A DNA stretch of 63,345 bases, counting the filler, from Octopus bimaculoides (taxonomy: Eukaryota): assembly GCF_001194135.2 (NCBI RefSeq). It is 6 parts of 4 records of this genome, joined end to end, with 100 filler letters (N's around TTAATTAATTAA, not from the genome) between each part and the next. Parts side by side here need not be neighbours in the genome. Positions count along the whole stretch, not along the records: positions 1 to 19,260 come from NC_068987.1; 5 more parts are not named here. One strand, written 5' to 3'. A program made the position numbers and the translations under genes. The notes under the pieces are model-generated. The model did not search any database and was not told the DNA's origin. It was given only the letters and a program-made list of their open reading frames with translations. Shown here piece after piece: positions 1 through 12,329 of the stretch (its first letter is position 1; each line of letters starts with the position of its first letter).

Positions 1-230
1 TGTGTGTGTGTGTGTGTGTCTGTGTTTGTCCCGCCAACATCGCTTGACAACCGATGCTGATGTGTTTACGCCCCCGCAACTTAGCGGTTCGGCAAAAGCA
101 ACCGATAAAATAAGTACTAGGCTTACAAAGAATAAGTCCTGGGGTCGATTTGCTCGACTAAAGGCGGTGCTCCAGCATGGCCACAGTCAAATAACTGAAA
201 CAAATAAAAGAGTAAAAGAGTAAAAGAGAG
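1..230 (+). mobile_element. SINE family C 3' half
   Basis: (TG)n followed by CGCTTGACAACCGATGC...CCAGCATGGCC...GAAACAAATAAAAGAG. Confidence 0.88.
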
Positions 231-250
231 TATCAAGGAAAGGAATGCGA

Positions 251-670
251 CAAGCTGGCAGAATCATGACGGTGCCGAAATAGATGCTTAGCTGCCTTTC
301 TTCCGGCTTTGGCGTCCTGAGTTCAAACGCTGCCGGGATCGACTTAGTCTTTCGGGGTCGATACAATAAGCACCAGTTGGTGATTGGGGTTAATGTAATC
401 GACTTAGCCATTTCTGAAATTGCTGGCCTTGTGTCAAAATTTGAAACTAGTATCAGGGAAGAGGTAGCGAGCATGCATGCCGGTCAAAATGCTCAGCAAC
501 CTTTCTTCCGCCTGATTTCGTTCTCAGTTCAAATTCTGTCAAGGTCGACTCTGCTTTTTATCCTTCGGGGTTGATTAAAAAAGGACCAGTCAAGTACTGC
601 AATTGATGTAACCGAAGAACTCCCTACCCTTATAATTAATGGTCTTGTACCAAAATTTGAAATCATTGTT
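251..670 (+). mobile_element. Two degenerate family A SINEs
   Basis: AGCTGGCAGAATC head, CTTTCGGGGTCGAT cores and GGCCTTGTG tails. Confidence 0.7.
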
Positions 671-748
671 AATACCAGGTAAAAAATTTTTAAAAAAACT
701 CTTTCCTTATTTCAAAGCCTTTTCATAATTCTTTTTTATTTATCTTCA

Positions 749-1120
749 CAGGTGTAGCAATGTAGTAAGAAGCTTGCTTCCCAACTATATGGCTCTGGGT
801 AAATGTCTTCAGCTATAGCCTCGGGCCAACCAAAGCCTTGTGAGTGGATTTGGTAGACGGAAACTGAAAGAAGCCCACAGTATATATATATATATATATG
901 TATATGTGTGTGTGTTTGTCCCCCAATCATCGCTTGACAACCGATATTGGTGTGTTTACATCTCCGTAACTCAGCGGTTCGGCAAAAAGAGATCGATAGG
1001 GTAAGTATTAAGCTTACAAAGAATAAGTCCTGGGACCGATTTTTTCGACTGAAGGCAGTGCTCCAACATGGTCGCAATCAAATGACTGGAACAAGTAAAA
1101 GAATAAAGGAATAAAAGAAT
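749..1120 (+). mobile_element. SINE family C
   Basis: Same modules as 52095-52750 with a deletion in the head. Confidence 0.85.
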
Positions 1121-1644
1121 ATACAAATACATTCTTGGAACATGCTTTGCCGTTGCCGTTATCCGTTCCTTTAATCACCAAAACCTACCAGATGCTTATT
1201 CCCTCGACACAAAACAACAATTCTTCCAAGCCTGAGTCTCTAACAAAATATGACGATACCATCATACACCTGATCTACATAACGGATTAGCTTTTTTAGA
1301 AACGTTCTCAAAACCCTATTTGCTACTCTACATCATAATGAGCTTATACTTTACAGCATGATCAACATCATGTGAATACCATTGTGTCGTAAATTTGCAT
1401 ATAAGCCTAATGTATATTCATAAAGTGTTGCCATGCTTACTGTTCTGCTCACATTTTGTCTATTTCTATATTCTTTACCGGTTTTTATGTCCCCCAGTAT
1501 TCTTTAAATACTGTATTTTAAATACACATTTTAAAATTTTCTTTTATTAACAACACGTTTCTTATTATCATCGTTCCTAATCTTATACATTTCTGCAGTT
1601 TCTTTAATTCTGTTTTCGATATAAGAACTTAATATAGCAGAATG

Positions 1645-2031
1645 GCGGAGGTGCAATGGCCTAGTGGTTAGGGCAGCGGACTCGCGGTTATAGGATCGCG
1701 GTTTCGATTCCCAGACCGGGCGTTGTGGGTGTTTATTGAGCAAAAACACCTAAAGCTCCACGAGGCTCCGGCAGGGGATGGTGGCGAACCCTGCTGTACT
1801 CTTTCACCACAACTTTCTCTCACTCTTTCTTCCTGTTTGTGTTGTGCCTGTAATTCACAGGGTTAACTTTGTCACACTGTGTCACGCTGAATATCCCCGA
1901 GAACTACGTTAAGGGTACACGTGTCTGTGGAGTACTCAGCCACTTGCACGTTAATTTCACGAGCAGGCTGTTCCGTTGATCGGATCAACTGGAACCCTCG
2001 ACGTCGTAAGCGACGGAGTGCCAACACACAC
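1645..2031 (+). mobile_element. Full-length tRNA-derived SINE, family B
   Basis: tRNA-like head GGAGGTGCAATGGCCTAGTGG...GGTTTCGATTCCC, (CA)n tail, TSD ATAGCAGAATG. Confidence 0.9.
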
Positions 2032-2075
2032 ATAGCAGAATGATTGGAGCAAATGTCGACGCATTTTAAATGCAT

Positions 2076-2794
2076 CTTTTATCTGTTACCTGTTCAAGTC
2101 AGCAGACTGCGGCCATGCTGGAGCACCGCCTTGAAGAATTTTTTGTCGAATGAATCAACCCCCAGTATTTATTATTTATTCTATAGCCTGATACTTATTC
2201 TATGATCCTCTTTTGCCAAACTGCTAAGTTATTGGGATGTTAACACACCAACACCGGTTGTCAAGTGGTGGTATGGAGGACAAACATCCCTCACACATAC
2301 ACATATAGATACGGATATAAAACGAGCTTCTTTCAGTTTCCGTCTACCAAATCCTCTCAGAAGCTTCAGTCGGCCCGAGGTTATAGAAGTCACCCGCCCA
2401 AGGTGTCCCGCACTGGGACTGAACCCAAAACCATGTGGTTGGGAAGCAAGCATCTCACCAAACAACGTCGACTACACACACACACACATATATACACACG
2501 CACGTACGCACGCGCGCACACACACGCACACACACACACACACACACACACGCACGCACGCACACACACACACACACACATATATAGTAACTTGTTTCAG
2601 TCATTGGACTGTGGCAATGCTGGGGCACCACTTTGAATGGTTTTAGTCGAACAAATAAGTACTTATTTATTTTAAAGCTTGGTACTTACTCTCTCGGTAT
2701 CTTTTGTCGATCCGGTAAGTTACGGGGATGTAAACACATCAACACCAGCTGTCAAGCGCTGGTGGGAGACAAACACAAAGACGCATAAATACAC

Positions 2795-2800
<6 letters not shown>
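2076..2800 (-). mobile_element. Two family C SINEs separated by a (CA)n tract
   Basis: Reverse-complement matches at 2076-2470 and 2585-2800. Confidence 0.8.
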
Positions 2801-2829
<29 letters not shown>

Positions 2830-3556
2830 CACACACATACACACACACACATACACACACACACACAAATACATACATGCATATATATATTCCATCTTTG
2901 AACTTCTTTCTGTTAACACCTTAAATGTAAGATCTCTTCCCTGAAGACGGAAGCCCATATCATCTGATAGCAGTTCCACAAAGGAGACCGATAGAATAAG
3001 TACCAGACTTTAAAAATAAGTATTGAAGTCGATTCGACCGACTAAATCCGTTAAGATGCTCCAGCTTGGCTGCAGGTGGAAGACTGAACCAAGTAAAAAG
3101 GCCAGTCTGTGACCCTGTACCAACACGATTCGCTTTCTGAATCCTGGATATCCAAAGGAATTAGAACTTCACTATGCCTTTTTTTTTGTATCTTTTAAAA
3201 ATCTAGTATTTATTCTATCTGTCATTTTTCCGAGCTACTAAGTTACGGAGACGTAAATAAACCAACACTGGTTGACATGCAGCGTGTGAGAGTGGGGGTA
3301 GACAGTCACAGATATAGTCACACACACATATATATGAAGGACTTCCACACAGTTTCCATCTGCCCCAAATTCACTCTAGAGGAATTGGCTGACATCAATG
3401 GGGCTTGCCTTGGACCTGTGACTCTGGATGTATTAGGTGAGTACCGCTGTGACATTCGGCGTTTTTGGGGGGAAATTTTATTTTAGACCAACGGTGCCCC
3501 TCTCTCTTTATCTTTATCATGTGGAAACAGGCTGACTGGTAAATAGAAAAATAAAA

Positions 3557-4324
3557 CGATCTAGTTCAAAACGGGGGCGCCAGTATTTTCTTAACGAAAC
3601 ACTTTGAAACTTGGGACACTGGTAGAATGTGTCATATAAAACATCTTTTTCTCTTAGTCTTCTTAAGAAAAATTATTATATTGCAACTTATTTCATGTTA
3701 AAGTTGTCGTATTTCTGTAATTTCAACCAATGACTGACGTCCATTCAGCCGTAAAAATTAAGTGCTGACTACGTAAACAAACGATTCTCAAACGATTCTC
3801 AGGTGATAAAATTATTATTTCCTTGTCAAAAAATGGCTGAAGCATATTGGCAGTAGCTAATAAACCTTTCTATTATAGGCACAAGGCCTGGATTTTGAGG
3901 GAAGGGTTAGGGTTAGGGTTATGGTTAGGGTTAGGGTTAGGGCAAATGTTGTACACATACAGTTCAGGCAGATGTTAACGAAATTATATTAAAAATAAAA
4001 CGAAAGAAAACGAACACACGTGTGTTGCCTCTCTGCAAAATGTCAGAAGTAATGGAGATTAAATACGCTTTACACCGCTTAAACTGCCAAAGGAACCGCT
4101 TAAACTGCCAAAGGAGTAACTGTAAACAGCTGAATACTTGTCAGTGATTGGTTGAAATTATCGAAATAAGACAATTTTTTACATGAAATAACTTCGAATA
4201 CAAAATTTTTTTTCTGTTCTATAACACAAAATAGATAAGTATACGAAGTTTGAAAGTCTTTCGGTACCAAAAACACTACATAAAACATAAATGAAAACTG
4301 GTGCCCCCGTTTTGAACTAGATCC
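3557..4324. mobile_element. Non-autonomous TIR element (MITE) with 8-bp TSD
   Basis: TIRs GATCTAGTTCAAAACGGGGGCGCCAGT and ACTGGTGCCCCCGTTTTGAACTAGATC. AAATAAAA is duplicated at 3549-3556 and 4325-4332. Superfamily unassigned (Merlin- or hAT-like TSD length). Confidence 0.88.
3907..3942 (+). repeat. Interstitial telomeric repeat, six units
   Basis: TTAGGG x5 plus one TTATGG. Confidence 0.9.
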
Positions 4325-4999
4325 AAATAAAAGAAGAACCGAACCATGGTATTTTATTTAGTGACCTCGAAAGAATACAAAGCCAAGTTGAGCATATGGG
4401 GATTTGAACTCAAAGAGTAGCAAGCGTGAACATTTACCGTAAAAAGCAATCGATTCGACGATGTAACGACTCTGCCAATTGGCGGACTATCTAATGCTAT
4501 TTATTGGGAAAGCCATAAACGTCACAATTCTCCACCCTTTTGAAAAAACAATTTAATAAAAAAGAAATACAGCCGACTACTCTAGAATCAATCTATGAAA
4601 AGTAGTTATAACTTCCTAACATCGTTAATTCTCTCCCGAGAGAAAAAAAATATATGAATGCCAACCATACAATAAATATCTTCGCCCTTCTTCCCTATAA
4701 ATATAAAAATCTTGTGATTATGTAAGAAATCAATAAATTTGCTGCAGATATTATTTATTTTATAGCTCCAATGAAACTTTTGTGCACGAAAATATATATC
4801 GCCTCTGCTTTCGAAAAAAATATGATGAATATAATTATATAACACGAAGCTGTTGATAGAGCGAACTTGATAATATTACGTGATCTTAATCACAAGCCAC
4901 AGCCAAATGGTCCATTCTACAATTATGGGATCACAGGTTCGATCTACTTGCGAGACATTCTAGGTTAAACTGAGATCTTTCATGAGCCCTAGCACCTAT

Positions 5000-5240
5000 A
5001 AGGCCAGAGTACAACCTGGTTTCCAGGGCATGTAAGTGACAGAGGTTACAACACACCTTCTTGGACGGGACGCCACTCCATCGCAGGTTTAACTTCCCAG
5101 CTATTGTTGGAATTCGTTTGTAGCTAAGCGGATTGGAGTAACGTCAAATGATGTATTTTGCTCATGAACACAATTAACCGCAATCCTCAGGCAGAAACCG
5201 CGTGCCACAGTGTCACAATGTGTGCCACAATGTATAACAT
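5000..5240 (-). mobile_element. SINE with V-domain-like core
   Basis: GGACGGGACGCCACTCCATCGCAGG. A related copy lies at 50030-50270. Confidence 0.55.
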
Positions 5241-5829
5241 AACTGACCGCTTGGGATTACAGTACAACACATGCGATGGTTGCCACCCTTTCCGCCTGTC
5301 CAATTTCTCTCACAAATCTTCGGTCATCTCACGGGTCTGCTAAAAAAAAGACAAAAATGATGAAACCTCTTACCTAAGATGAAGGACCCTAGTCTAATAA
5401 TTAGTGTGTTGAACTCATCGTCGTAAGATTGTGGTTTCGATTCTTGGACAGGGGGGCAAGACCTACCTGAGTGAAAAAGGTTCCACGCAACGTAGACTAG
5501 TGATCAGTAACCTCAAGATAAGAGTTAAGCGCATTCAGGAACGTAAGACAATTTGGAATATATGGAAGCCGGAAGATCCCCCGACCAGGTGTAGGCTCAA
5601 AGAGACATCATTTGATTCATATGAGAAGTTGGAGGAGAATATAGGGACTGATAATTTACAGTGCATTATTGGACTGGGTGGCTATTCCACTCAGTCCAAT
5701 AAGCAAACAGAATGCATACAGCATTTGACACACGTTCTGTGTATACATAAATTAGTGTTAACGTGAAAGGCGCAATACAAATGGATGTTAAGATAATAAA
5801 AACTGAGTACATTTTCAGTGATTAAAATT

Positions 5830-6700
5830 TTTCTCATTATCATCACCATCATCATCATCATCGTCAAAGTCATCATTAGGTATCGTCTGTTCTCAGTAGG
5901 TTGATCACCAAGGACCTCCATTCAGGTCTTTTCTCTGCCATTTTCACACATTCACCATATGATAGTCCTTGATGTTATCAAGCAAGTTTGTTCTAGGTTT
6001 TCTTCCCAGGTGTTTGCTATTTATCTTTATATATTTTTATATACCTTGCTGCTCTTACTTTAAGACCAAAGTACTTAATCTTCCTTTTTTTTTACCGTTA
6101 AGTATAATAATATTTTCGTATTTGTAAGTTGTAGCACTTTTTCACTAGTTTCGTTTTGTCCCAGATATTCTTAACATTCTTCTCTCTGTCCACATTTCAG
6201 ATATTTTTCATCAATGTCCACGTTTCTACATGTTGCATGTTGCGGGCAACATGTAACATTTCCACAGCCTTTTTTTTTGTTTGTTTCTTTGACTATATTC
6301 TTTGATGTTAAAGCTCTAGACATATTTTCAAATGTTTTCCTTGCAATTTCTATTCTTCGTCGGTTAAAATCAGAAGGGACAACATCGGAATGAAAATTAT
6401 TTACAATTAGTTTTTCTAAAATATAGCTTTCCAGTGAGAGTGTCTCTAGTCTTTAGCTGTAACTTCGCTTCAGTGTTGGACAACTTTCTTTTCTAAATTT
6501 ATTTAACTTTAGAATATATTTTGAAACTGTAACATGTCGAATTACCCCCAAATTGTCAGTTCAAAATCAAACAATCCTTATTCTCACCTCCTTTCCCATT
6601 TTGATTAGGTGGTACTGTAGTCTTCACTAAATGCACAACTGCATCAACTCATCTCAAAAACATTTTCTATATAATCTTTAGTTGTAGATCTTACCTTTCA
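5830..6700 (-). mobile_element. RTE-like LINE 3' fragment
   Basis: Minus strand ends ...AEKRPEWRSLVINLLRTDDT** followed by a (GAT)n tail. Upstream RT is degenerate. Confidence 0.6.
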
Positions 6701-6744
6701 CTTAAACGTTGTACAAAAACAGCGAAAGCTCTTCACAATATGGA

Positions 6745-7150
6745 TATAGTTAGGATAAGGCGGCGAGCTAGAGGAATCGTTAACGTACAGAGCAAAATGA
6801 TCAACCTTGCCTTTCATCTTTTCAGGGTCGATAAAATAAAGTACCAGTCAAGTACTGGGATGGAGGGTATCAACTTACCCCCAGCCTTAAATTTGCAAGG
6901 CTTGTGCCAAGATGTGAAATCAGTATTTCAGATTATGCCAGAACCAGCTGGCAGAATCTTTAGCATGCGGGACAAAATGTTTAACAGCATTTCCTCCGGC
7001 TCTTGACGTTTTAAGTTCAAATCCCACCATGGTCAACTTAGTCGTTCATCCTTTCGGGGTCGATAAAATAAAGTATCATTCAAGTACTGGAGTCGATGTA
7101 ATCGACCAACCACCTCCCCTCGAACTCTTGGCCTTGTGCCAACGCTCGAA
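6745..7150 (+). mobile_element. Two degenerate family A SINEs
   Basis: Two TTTCATC(C)TTT..GGTCGATAAAATAAAGTA cores. Confidence 0.75.
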
Positions 7151-7869
7151 ACAATATGGATATAACTTTAATTAATTAAAATTATAGTGATCACCGCATT
7201 TAATTATGTTAACATTTATCTCAACATAAGAATTGTAATTAACTCACTAATTTAATTTGTCGGCATTTCATTGTTTATTTAACATAAAGCCATTGTTATG
7301 TTTCATAATAGAGAGTGTTCTTTTGTTTTTTTAAAAAATAGTTTGTAATTAGCGCTGTATTTGAAGAACAATTTTGATTATAATGAATATGAATTCTATG
7401 CAAATAATATTTGTTTTCCGATGTAAGCCACAGAATAATATTTTCTTTCAGCGATTTTCTAATAAAATAATCGTGATGTTTTGTTGATATGTATATCAAA
7501 TGTTTTCTTTCCTTCATTATATGAGCAACATAAATGACCTGTTCGATCTAACCAACTGTAACAGAAAGAATTGCACTCACTTAAAGCATCCAAAGAATAA
7601 CCAAAAATATTGTGGAATGACAGGATGCGCACTCAAAACAATTGTATTCAATGTGATAGAACGATGATGCCTCTACACCGTCGCTAAGCCTGCTAGATAT
7701 AACAGCTAAATCTTCCACAAAGCACACTCTACCGACCTAAATTAAAGGGAAACGAAGTAATTGTAGAGCTGGATATTAGGATGATTACTACTGGTATGTT
7801 TATAATCACGGTTTATCAATATGAAACAGCAAAAGTTAATTAATTAATTAATAATAGTTTCAGACTTTG

Positions 7870-9060
7870 GTACAAGATCACCAATTTTAGAAAGATGTTT
7901 GTCAATTATATCGACCTAAGTACTCAACTAGTATTTATTTTATCGGCTCCGAAATGATGAAAGACAAAGTTGGCCACGGTGGAATTTGAACTGAGAGCGT
8001 GAAGAAGCGGAACAAATACCGCAAAGCCTTTTCTCCGACGCTCCAACGACTCTGTCAGCTCACCTTAATAATAATGATTCCAAATTTTTGGCACAGGTGG
8101 AGGCGCAATGGCCCAGTGGTTAGAGCAACGGACTCGCGGACGGAGGATCGCGGTTTCGATTCCCAGACCGGGCGTTGTGTGTGTTTATTGAGCGAAAACA
8201 CCTAAAGCGCCATAAGGCTCCGACAGGGGGTGTTGGCGACCCCTGTTGTACCCTTTCGACACAACTTTCTCTCACTCTTTCTTCCTGTTCCTTGAGTAAC
8301 GCTGCGATAGACTGGCGTTTCGTCCAGCTGGGGGGAATACATACGCCACAGAAACCGGGAAACCGAGCCCATGAGCCTGGCTAGGCTTGAAAAAGGGCGC
8401 ATAAATAACTAAAAATATTTTTGGCACATGGGCAGCTTGAGGGAGGTGGGGATGAGTCGATAACATCAACCACAGTGTTCAACTGGTACTTATTTAATCG
8501 ACCCCGAAAGGATAAAAGGCAAAGTCGATTTCGGCAGAATTTGAACTCAGAACGTAACGACGGACGAAATACCGCAAAGGATTTCGTCCGGCGGGCTAAC
8601 GGTTCTGCCAGCTCACTGCCTTATTCTTAATATTAATTCTTTCTAATTTTGGTACAAGGCCAGCAATTTTGTGGAGAGGGGGCAAGTCGATTACATCTTG
8701 ACTTATACTTTATTTTATCGACCCCGAAAGGATGAAAAACGATGTTGGTCTCGGCGGGATTTGAATTCGGAAGATAAAGAGTCGGAAGAAATACTGCAAG
8801 GTATTTTGTCCGACGCGCTAAGGATTCTGCCAGCTCTTAATATTGGTTTCACATTTTGGTACAAGGCCAGCAATTTTGAGAGGACGGGGTAAATCGATCC
8901 ACCTTTCCTAGTACTTAACTGGTACTTTACTTTATCGATCCAGAAGAGATGAAAGGCTAAGTTGACCTCGACAGGCTATGAACTCAGAAATGTAAAGAAA
9001 ACTAAAGAGCCGTAACTAAACATTACATAGCATTTTGTTCGACGCACTAACAATTCGTTT
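7870..9060 (-). mobile_element. Head-to-tail array of four family A SINEs
   Basis: Repeated reverse complement of GGCGGCGAGCTGGCAGAATCGTTAG...CCTTTCATCCTTTCGGGGTCGAT...GGCCTTGTGCC. Confidence 0.85.
8099..8417 (+). mobile_element. SINE family D (family B head and body, different 3' part)
   Basis: First 190 nt match family B, then CTGCGATAGACTGGCGTTTCGTCCAG (V-domain-like). TSD TTTTTGGCACA. Confidence 0.8.
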
Positions 9061-10189
9061 CCACATGAGTCTGTTCATATTTTCTTAAACTATCTCAGAT
9101 GTTTATTCTGTAATTTGCTAGACGTTGGTACTATGATACCGATACCGTGCGGTAATCGAAGTCGATACTTGATTTTCTCTTCTCATTTCTCGGTTGATGC
9201 TAATGTTTCAATTTTTCAACTATTTCTTGCCGATTCTATTACAAACTGCAGACTTTCCTTTTCCTTAACCCAACAACAAACCATCCTTAATTACTTTACT
9301 TTCATTACAAACATTAATATATCTGCATTACTATCAGACCTTCCATGTTTAAGAAAGAAGTAGGCGATTGGTGTGTATTACAGATTTTTCTTTCTATCTT
9401 TTCTATGATCCTTCAAAGCAAAATTATTTTAATTTGGTTGAAATACTTCGCTGTATCCTAAGAGAATTCGGCCGTTTGATCGATTTGCTTTGAACATATA
9501 GTTTAAGATTACCAATTATTTCGGTATTGCAGAAAACAGCAATATCAAAATCATTTCTTATTGGTAATCTATAACCTCTGCTTTGCTTAAATGATTTGGA
9601 TTTTATTGATCAAAAAGTATTGTCTGTTTGAGATATCGCATTTCAAATATATTTCGATTCGCCTTTAGAGTCTAGTGTTCATGCGGATGGTGAAATTCAA
9701 GTAGTTCACGAATCAAGAGAATAGAACTTCTATATAGCCCAAGCTTCAATTATACTTCGTCATGATTTTTTTTGCTTTGTATTATTTCTAAGGAAACAGC
9801 TTAACACAAACTTACAGAACAGGCCTTTCAAATACTTCGCTTCTACCGACTTTTACTCTTTGGTAGTGATGGCTGTGTGGTTAAGAAACACGTTTCGCAG
9901 CTTCGTGGTTTGGGTTTGAGTCCGAGCTAATCAATGGGACTTAATTTGTTTAATGGACTCTATGTAGAAGCCCGTCATATATATATATATATATATTTTA
10001 TATATNNNNNNNNNNNNNNNNNNNNNNNNNNNNNNNNNNNNNNNNNNNNNNNNNNNNNNNNNNNNNNNNNNNNNNNNNNNNNNNNNNNNNNNNNNNNNNN
10101 NNNNNNNNNNNNNNNNNNNNNNNNNNNNNNNNNNNNNNNNNNNNNNNNNNNNNNNNNNNNNNNNNNNNNNNNNNNNNNNNNNNNNTATA

Positions 10190-10426
10190 TATCGTGGTGG
10201 CACTCTGTCGGCGACGACGACGAGGGTTCCAGTTGATCCGATCAACGGAACAGCCTGCTCGTGAAATTAACGTGTAAGTGGCTGAGCACTCCACAGACAC
10301 ATGTACTCTTAACGTAGTTCTCGAAGAGATTCAGGGTGACGCAGAGTGTGACAAGGCTGGCCCTTTGAAATACAGATACAACAGAAACAGGAAGAAAAAG
10401 CGAGAGAAAGTTATGGTGAAAGAGTA
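10190..10426 (-). mobile_element. 3' half of SINE family B
   Basis: Matches 21345-21570 and is joined directly to the hammerhead SINE. Confidence 0.85.
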
Positions 10427-10615
10427 CATCGAAAAATACCTTAGGAAACAGAACCCAGGTTCGAAATTTCCCCAAGACATCTGATGAAGGCTGGAGGGTA
10501 TATCAGCGGAAACGTTGTGTTAACAACAAACAAGATGAGGACAAATATCCGTCAAATGTAAATAATGTAAATAATGTGCATAATTCCTCATCTCTTAAAT
10601 ATAGAACTGAGAAAA
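10425..10615 (+). mobile_element. 3' half of the same hammerhead-bearing SINE
   Basis: Same ACATCGAAAAATACCTTAGGA body as 15350, a complete hammerhead-like motif, and a tail of AATGTAAAT repeats. Confidence 0.75.
10476..10521 (+). ncRNA. Minimal type I hammerhead-like motif
   Basis: GACAT-CTGATGA-A-GGCTG(loop 10)CAGCG-GAAAC-GT-T-GTGTT, with palindromic ACGT stem III. This copy has a G:G mismatch at the base of stem II. Confidence 0.6.
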
Positions 10616-10746
10616 ATTCTCTCTTTAAACAAAATGGCATTAAAGTTTGTTAATTTTCCGTCACTGCTTCGCACACCAGTATACATATTTGCTCGGGCCT
10701 GGTGGCCTGCTCACACAATCAGTCAATAATATAATAATGACTTCCT

Positions 10747-10945
10747 AAGGCGGTGAGCTGGAACAATCGTTAGCACGCCGGGGAAAAAAATGCTTACCGG
10801 TATTTCGTCCGTCTTTACGTTCTGAGCTCAAATTCCGCCGAGGTCGACTTGGCTTTTCCTCCTTTCGGAGCTTATAGAATAAGTGCCGGCTGAGTATTGG
10901 AATCGATGTAATCGACTTACCCGCTCCGCCGATATTGTTAACCTT
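10747..10945 (+). mobile_element. Family A SINE
   Basis: AAGGCGGTGAGCTGG...GTTCTGAGCTCAAATTCCGCCGAGGTCGACTT. Confidence 0.85.
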
Positions 10946-11239
10946 GAATTTGAAATCAATATTTACCGATTTCTTGAAAGTTGTGCTTCCAGTCAGTTTA
11001 AAGCTGCCTTTCTGGGTATCTGGTACTGGAGTTTGAAATGCATGTATTAAAGGGCGCTCCGAAATGACTACAACACATTGTCTTAAGCGACAATGTTTTT
11101 CCACGCCAAAACTGCAGTGAAAAGCCTTTACAAGTTCAAATGCGTCCCAAACATTTGAACTGATCTCAAATTGGTTTATTTTCTATTATTGCTTCGAGTT
11201 CCTAACCACATACCGTAATTGTTTATTCTTTTTATTCCT

Positions 11240-11660
11240 TTTATTTTCTTTTTACTTTTTCCGGTGAATTGACTGCGGCCATACTGGAGCACCGCCTTTA
11301 GTCGAACAAATCGACCCCAGGACTTATTCTTTGTAAACCTAGTGCTTATTCGTTTTTTGTGCCGAACTGCTAAGTTACGATGACGTAAACATACCAACAC
11401 CAGTTGTCAAGTGATGGTGGTGGTGGTGGTGGGGTGGACAAACAGATACGAATAACAAACACACAAACATATATATACATATATATACATATACATATAT
11501 ACGACGGACTTCTTTCAGTTTCCGTCTATCAAATCCACTCACAAGGCTTTATTCGGCCCGAGGCTATAATAGAAGACACTTGTCCAATGTACCACGCAGT
11601 GGGACTGAACCCAGAACCATGTGGCTGGCAAACAAGCTTTTTACCACACAGCCACTTCTA
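11240..11660 (-). mobile_element. SINE family C
   Basis: Full reverse-complement match to 52095-52750. Confidence 0.88.
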
Positions 11661-12329
11661 CGCCCATTGAACACGATTATTTAACAGCAGCACAAGTTAA
11701 ACACTGAAGATACTACCAGCCATCAAGAATGTCTCTGCGCAGATATCTAAACTGCTAGAAACAGCAACCAAATTCTCTTCATGCCGTCGTAATAAATAAT
11801 AAAAAAAACTGGTCACAGTTGGAACGTTTTTTTACTTCAGATTTGCTCTGTCAGGGCTGACCTGGAGTTAAATAACACCAACTGATAACACAAAAAGCAT
11901 TTCTATAGGACAATATGAAGTCATTGTATATTAATTTTAGTTATTATTATAAACCATTGTGAATGAAGTATGACAAGTGTTATTATGTCTATAGCTGCTG
12001 TCTACTTCATATGTAGTATACCGAATTCATACTGATATAACATTGTTTGCCTTCGAAATGGATGAGATTATATTAAGACTTTTTCCTATTATCTGGGCAA
12101 AAAAAGTAAATAATAATAAATAAAAGCCACTCATCTATTGAATTTTTGCTTTCTTTGCAATATAAAAACAGAATTTTACTAGAAGAAAATATCTGAATGG
12201 AAATTAAATTACATTCTTTTCGACACTCAAAGAATTAAATTATATTTTCATGTAATCGATAATATTTCACAAAAAAAGACAAACTTCAAGACAAAGAATA
12301 AAGTTTGTGTTTAAAAACAAGTGATTTAG

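Noticed and set aside
1647-1720. tRNA genes at SINE heads (also 8099, 15215 and 52095)
   Set aside because: They lack a complete cloverleaf and continue into SINE bodies with TSDs or tails.
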